From the NCBI RefSeq assembly GCF_009914755.1, contig NC_060942.1: a stretch of DNA of 64,000 bases, one strand, 5' to 3'. Made by a program: the position numbers and the translations under genes. Under the pieces are notes generated by a model. The model worked only from the letters and a program-made list of their open reading frames with translations, was not told the DNA's origin and made no database searches. Of this stretch, positions 60,323-64,000 are shown one piece after another (positions within the stretch are counted from its first letter, which is position 1; each line of letters begins with the position of its first letter). This DNA is from the human T2T-CHM13v2.0 reference genome, Homo sapiens.

Positions 60323-60675
60323 GGCTGGGCGCAGTGGCTCATGCCTGTAAACCCAGTACTTTGGGAGACGGAGAGGGGTGGATCACTTGAGACCAGGGGT
60401 TCAAGACCAGCCTGGCCAACATGGTGAAATCCGGTATCTACTAAAAATACAAAACAGCCGGGCGTGGAGGTACAAGCCTGTAATCCCAGCTACTTGGGAG
60501 GTTGAGACAGGACAGTCACTTGAACCCAGAAGGCGTAGATTGCAGTGAGCCGAGGTCTCACCAGTGTACTTCAGCCTGGGAGACAGAGCGAAACTCTGTC
60601 TCAAGAATACAAAATAAAACAAAACAAAATGAAACCAAAAACCAACCAACCAACCAAACAAACAACAATTTAAAT
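60323..60675 (+). mobile_element. AluS
   Basis: long TSD agaattaMattattgacattttt. Confidence 0.95.
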
Positions 60676-60731
60676 AGAATTAAATTATTGACATTTTTGA
60701 AGGTCTGTTCTGTGTGACATAGAAACATTTA

Positions 60732-61130
<399 letters not shown>

Positions 61131-61365
61131 TCAGAGGAAAGTCACAAGAGTGACAGCAGGAGAGGCCTGAGAAGGCTTCATGGATCAGAGGCAATGAATT
61201 AGCAGGCTTTACATTTGTGAAATGATATAATACATAAAATGTGTAAAAAGGAGTCTCGAATATCATACCAAGGTGTTCAATTCTGGGGAAGAGATTGGGA
61301 TTGGGTGTGGGGGATACTGAAAAAAGCAGTTGACTTTGATTATAGTCATGCATTACTTACATAAT

Positions 61366-61886
61366 CAGTGGCGTGCTGGTAAATTTTTTTTTTCTTTTTT
61401 TGAGGCAGGGTCTTTCTCTGTCACCTAGCCTGGAGCGCAGTGGCGTGATCATCTATCACTATAGCCTTGACCTCCCAGGCCCAAGTGATCCTCCTAACCT
61501 CAGCCTCCGGAATAGCTGGGGCCATAGGTGTGCACCACTATGCCAAGCTGATTAAAAAAAAATTTTTTTTTTGTCAAGATGGGGTCTCACTATGTTGCCT
61601 AGGCTGGTCTCCAACTCTTGGCCTCAATTTATCCTCCTAACTTGGCCTCCCAAGTTCTGGGATTATTGGCATGAGGCACTGTGTCCAACTAAGTGCTAGT
61701 AAATTTTTCAGAAAAGCGCTCTTTTCCCATGGTCCCCAAAGTCCCTATTGTAGTGTTTGTCAATTTCCATCATGTAAATTGTAGATACTTCTTCTGTGGC
61801 TGATTTTAAGCAACAATATAAGGTCAAGTAGCTAAAAAATTTTTGAAAATTTAACAGTTTGAGCACTTATCATGTACCGGACTCCA
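61366..61886 (-). mobile_element. MER63-like hAT element split by AluJ (61384-61688, minus)
   Basis: terminus cagtggcgtgctggtaaat; other end ...gaaaatttaacag...gtaccggactcca; Alu TSD gtgctRgtaaattttt. Confidence 0.55.
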
Positions 61887-61891
61887 AGTCA

Positions 61892-62225
<334 letters not shown>

Positions 62226-62468
62226 GATTATCATGTAGTCCTTGTCTACCTGGCAGCAGAAATACAGTAGGTGAGCTAAAAGAGGAACTAGAGGAAGGAG
62301 AATTAACTTTGGCAAGGTATGGGTAAAGGGGAGAATCAGAGGAGTTCTCTGAAAGAATGGATCCTCTAATAGAGGATTGGGAAAGGCCCCAGGTGCAGAA
62401 GTGTATAAGACACTTGGGAATTTCAGGTTGCTCTTTGCACAAGAATATTGGCACAAAATGGAGAATAA

Positions 62469-62867
<399 letters not shown>

Positions 62868-63886
62868 TGAGAAGCATCAGGCAATAACTCTCCTGGCACT
62901 ATGGAGACTAAGCTGAGACAGAGACCTGTACAAGAGGTCATCTTAATGTTTCCAGCAGAACATAATAAGAGCTTCAATGAAGCCAATGCAGCAGAGATAG
63001 AGATGGGATGGATTCAAGAAACGTTTGGGGAGGAAGAATTGATCGAACAATGGATTGACCGAGATGAGTGTTCAGAAGGATGGTTTGCTTGAAGATAATA
63101 CCTAGGACTTTGAAAAATGTTCACCCTTCCTTCTGTGGGGATGAATGGCTTCATCAGAAAAGAAAGGAGGCATTTCTAAGAGTTTATGAAGTTTAGGACT
63201 TGGGAGCCCAGTTGGTTATTTTCTTTGCATATCACTACCGACATTTGTAAGTCTGAAAGAGGGAAGGTCTGAGACATGACTGGCAGGCCATCAAGATGTT
63301 TTGTTACTGAATTTGGATTTATGGATCCTGATTCTGAGTAGTTATGCTATTAAAATGATGGCCTTTTGGTTTGGGATGGACAGCATCTCACAAAATTGGG
63401 AAATAATGATTAACCCAGCAGTTTAGTGTATAAATACTAATTTCTACATGGAGCTTGAAAAGAGTAAGAGAAAGGGAGGAAAATGGCAGGTAAACGTGTG
63501 ATCCCAGCCACTCTGAAGAGTAATAGGCACAATGCAGAATGGAGAATAGTGAAGCGGGAGGAGCCTAGTGATTCACATGAGAAAACAGCTGGAAGGAGGC
63601 CAGAAACAATAGTGAGGTTTTAGACGTCTATATACAAACACACAGGGCATACGTAACAAACAGGGCAAAGTGGGGATTATAACATCAGGCAGTAAAACAT
63701 GATCTCATTGAAACCTTATAGGATAGGACCTGAGCCTGACATTCAGTTATGAAATCACATTTACATCCTATTTAAAAGAAGCATAGCCATGAGGTGGTGA
63801 AGGAGATTGGTGTGTGTTGTAGAGAAACTAAGTGGAAGCCCATTGAAGAGCATAAAGACGAATATTTAAAAGGAGATTTAATGTTA

Positions 63887-64000
<114 letters not shown>

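Overview
Primate (most likely human) non-coding euchromatic DNA. It holds about 70 Alu/FLAM/FRAM copies plus old L1M, L2, MIR, MLT1A and DNA-transposon (MER2, MER63-like, MER5-like) relics, and several Alu-tail microsatellites. I cannot support any protein-coding gene: the listed ORFs are Alu-, L1- or microsatellite-derived, or short and chance-like. The only recognisable gene-like element is a full-length U6atac snRNA retrocopy (57666-57792, minus strand) fused directly to an Alu left monomer. The most unusual signals are local templated-copy scars between 8 and 20 kb: an inverted copy of an Alu arm plus its unique flank, a TSD-less Alu apparently copied from a neighbour and ending in a hairpin, and a ~230-bp unique segment copied into an AT-rich tract. 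One Alu also has its poly-A tail replaced by a G-quadruplex-like sequence. Repeat subfamily names and most boundaries are by eye and approximate. I found no evidence of a new biological system.
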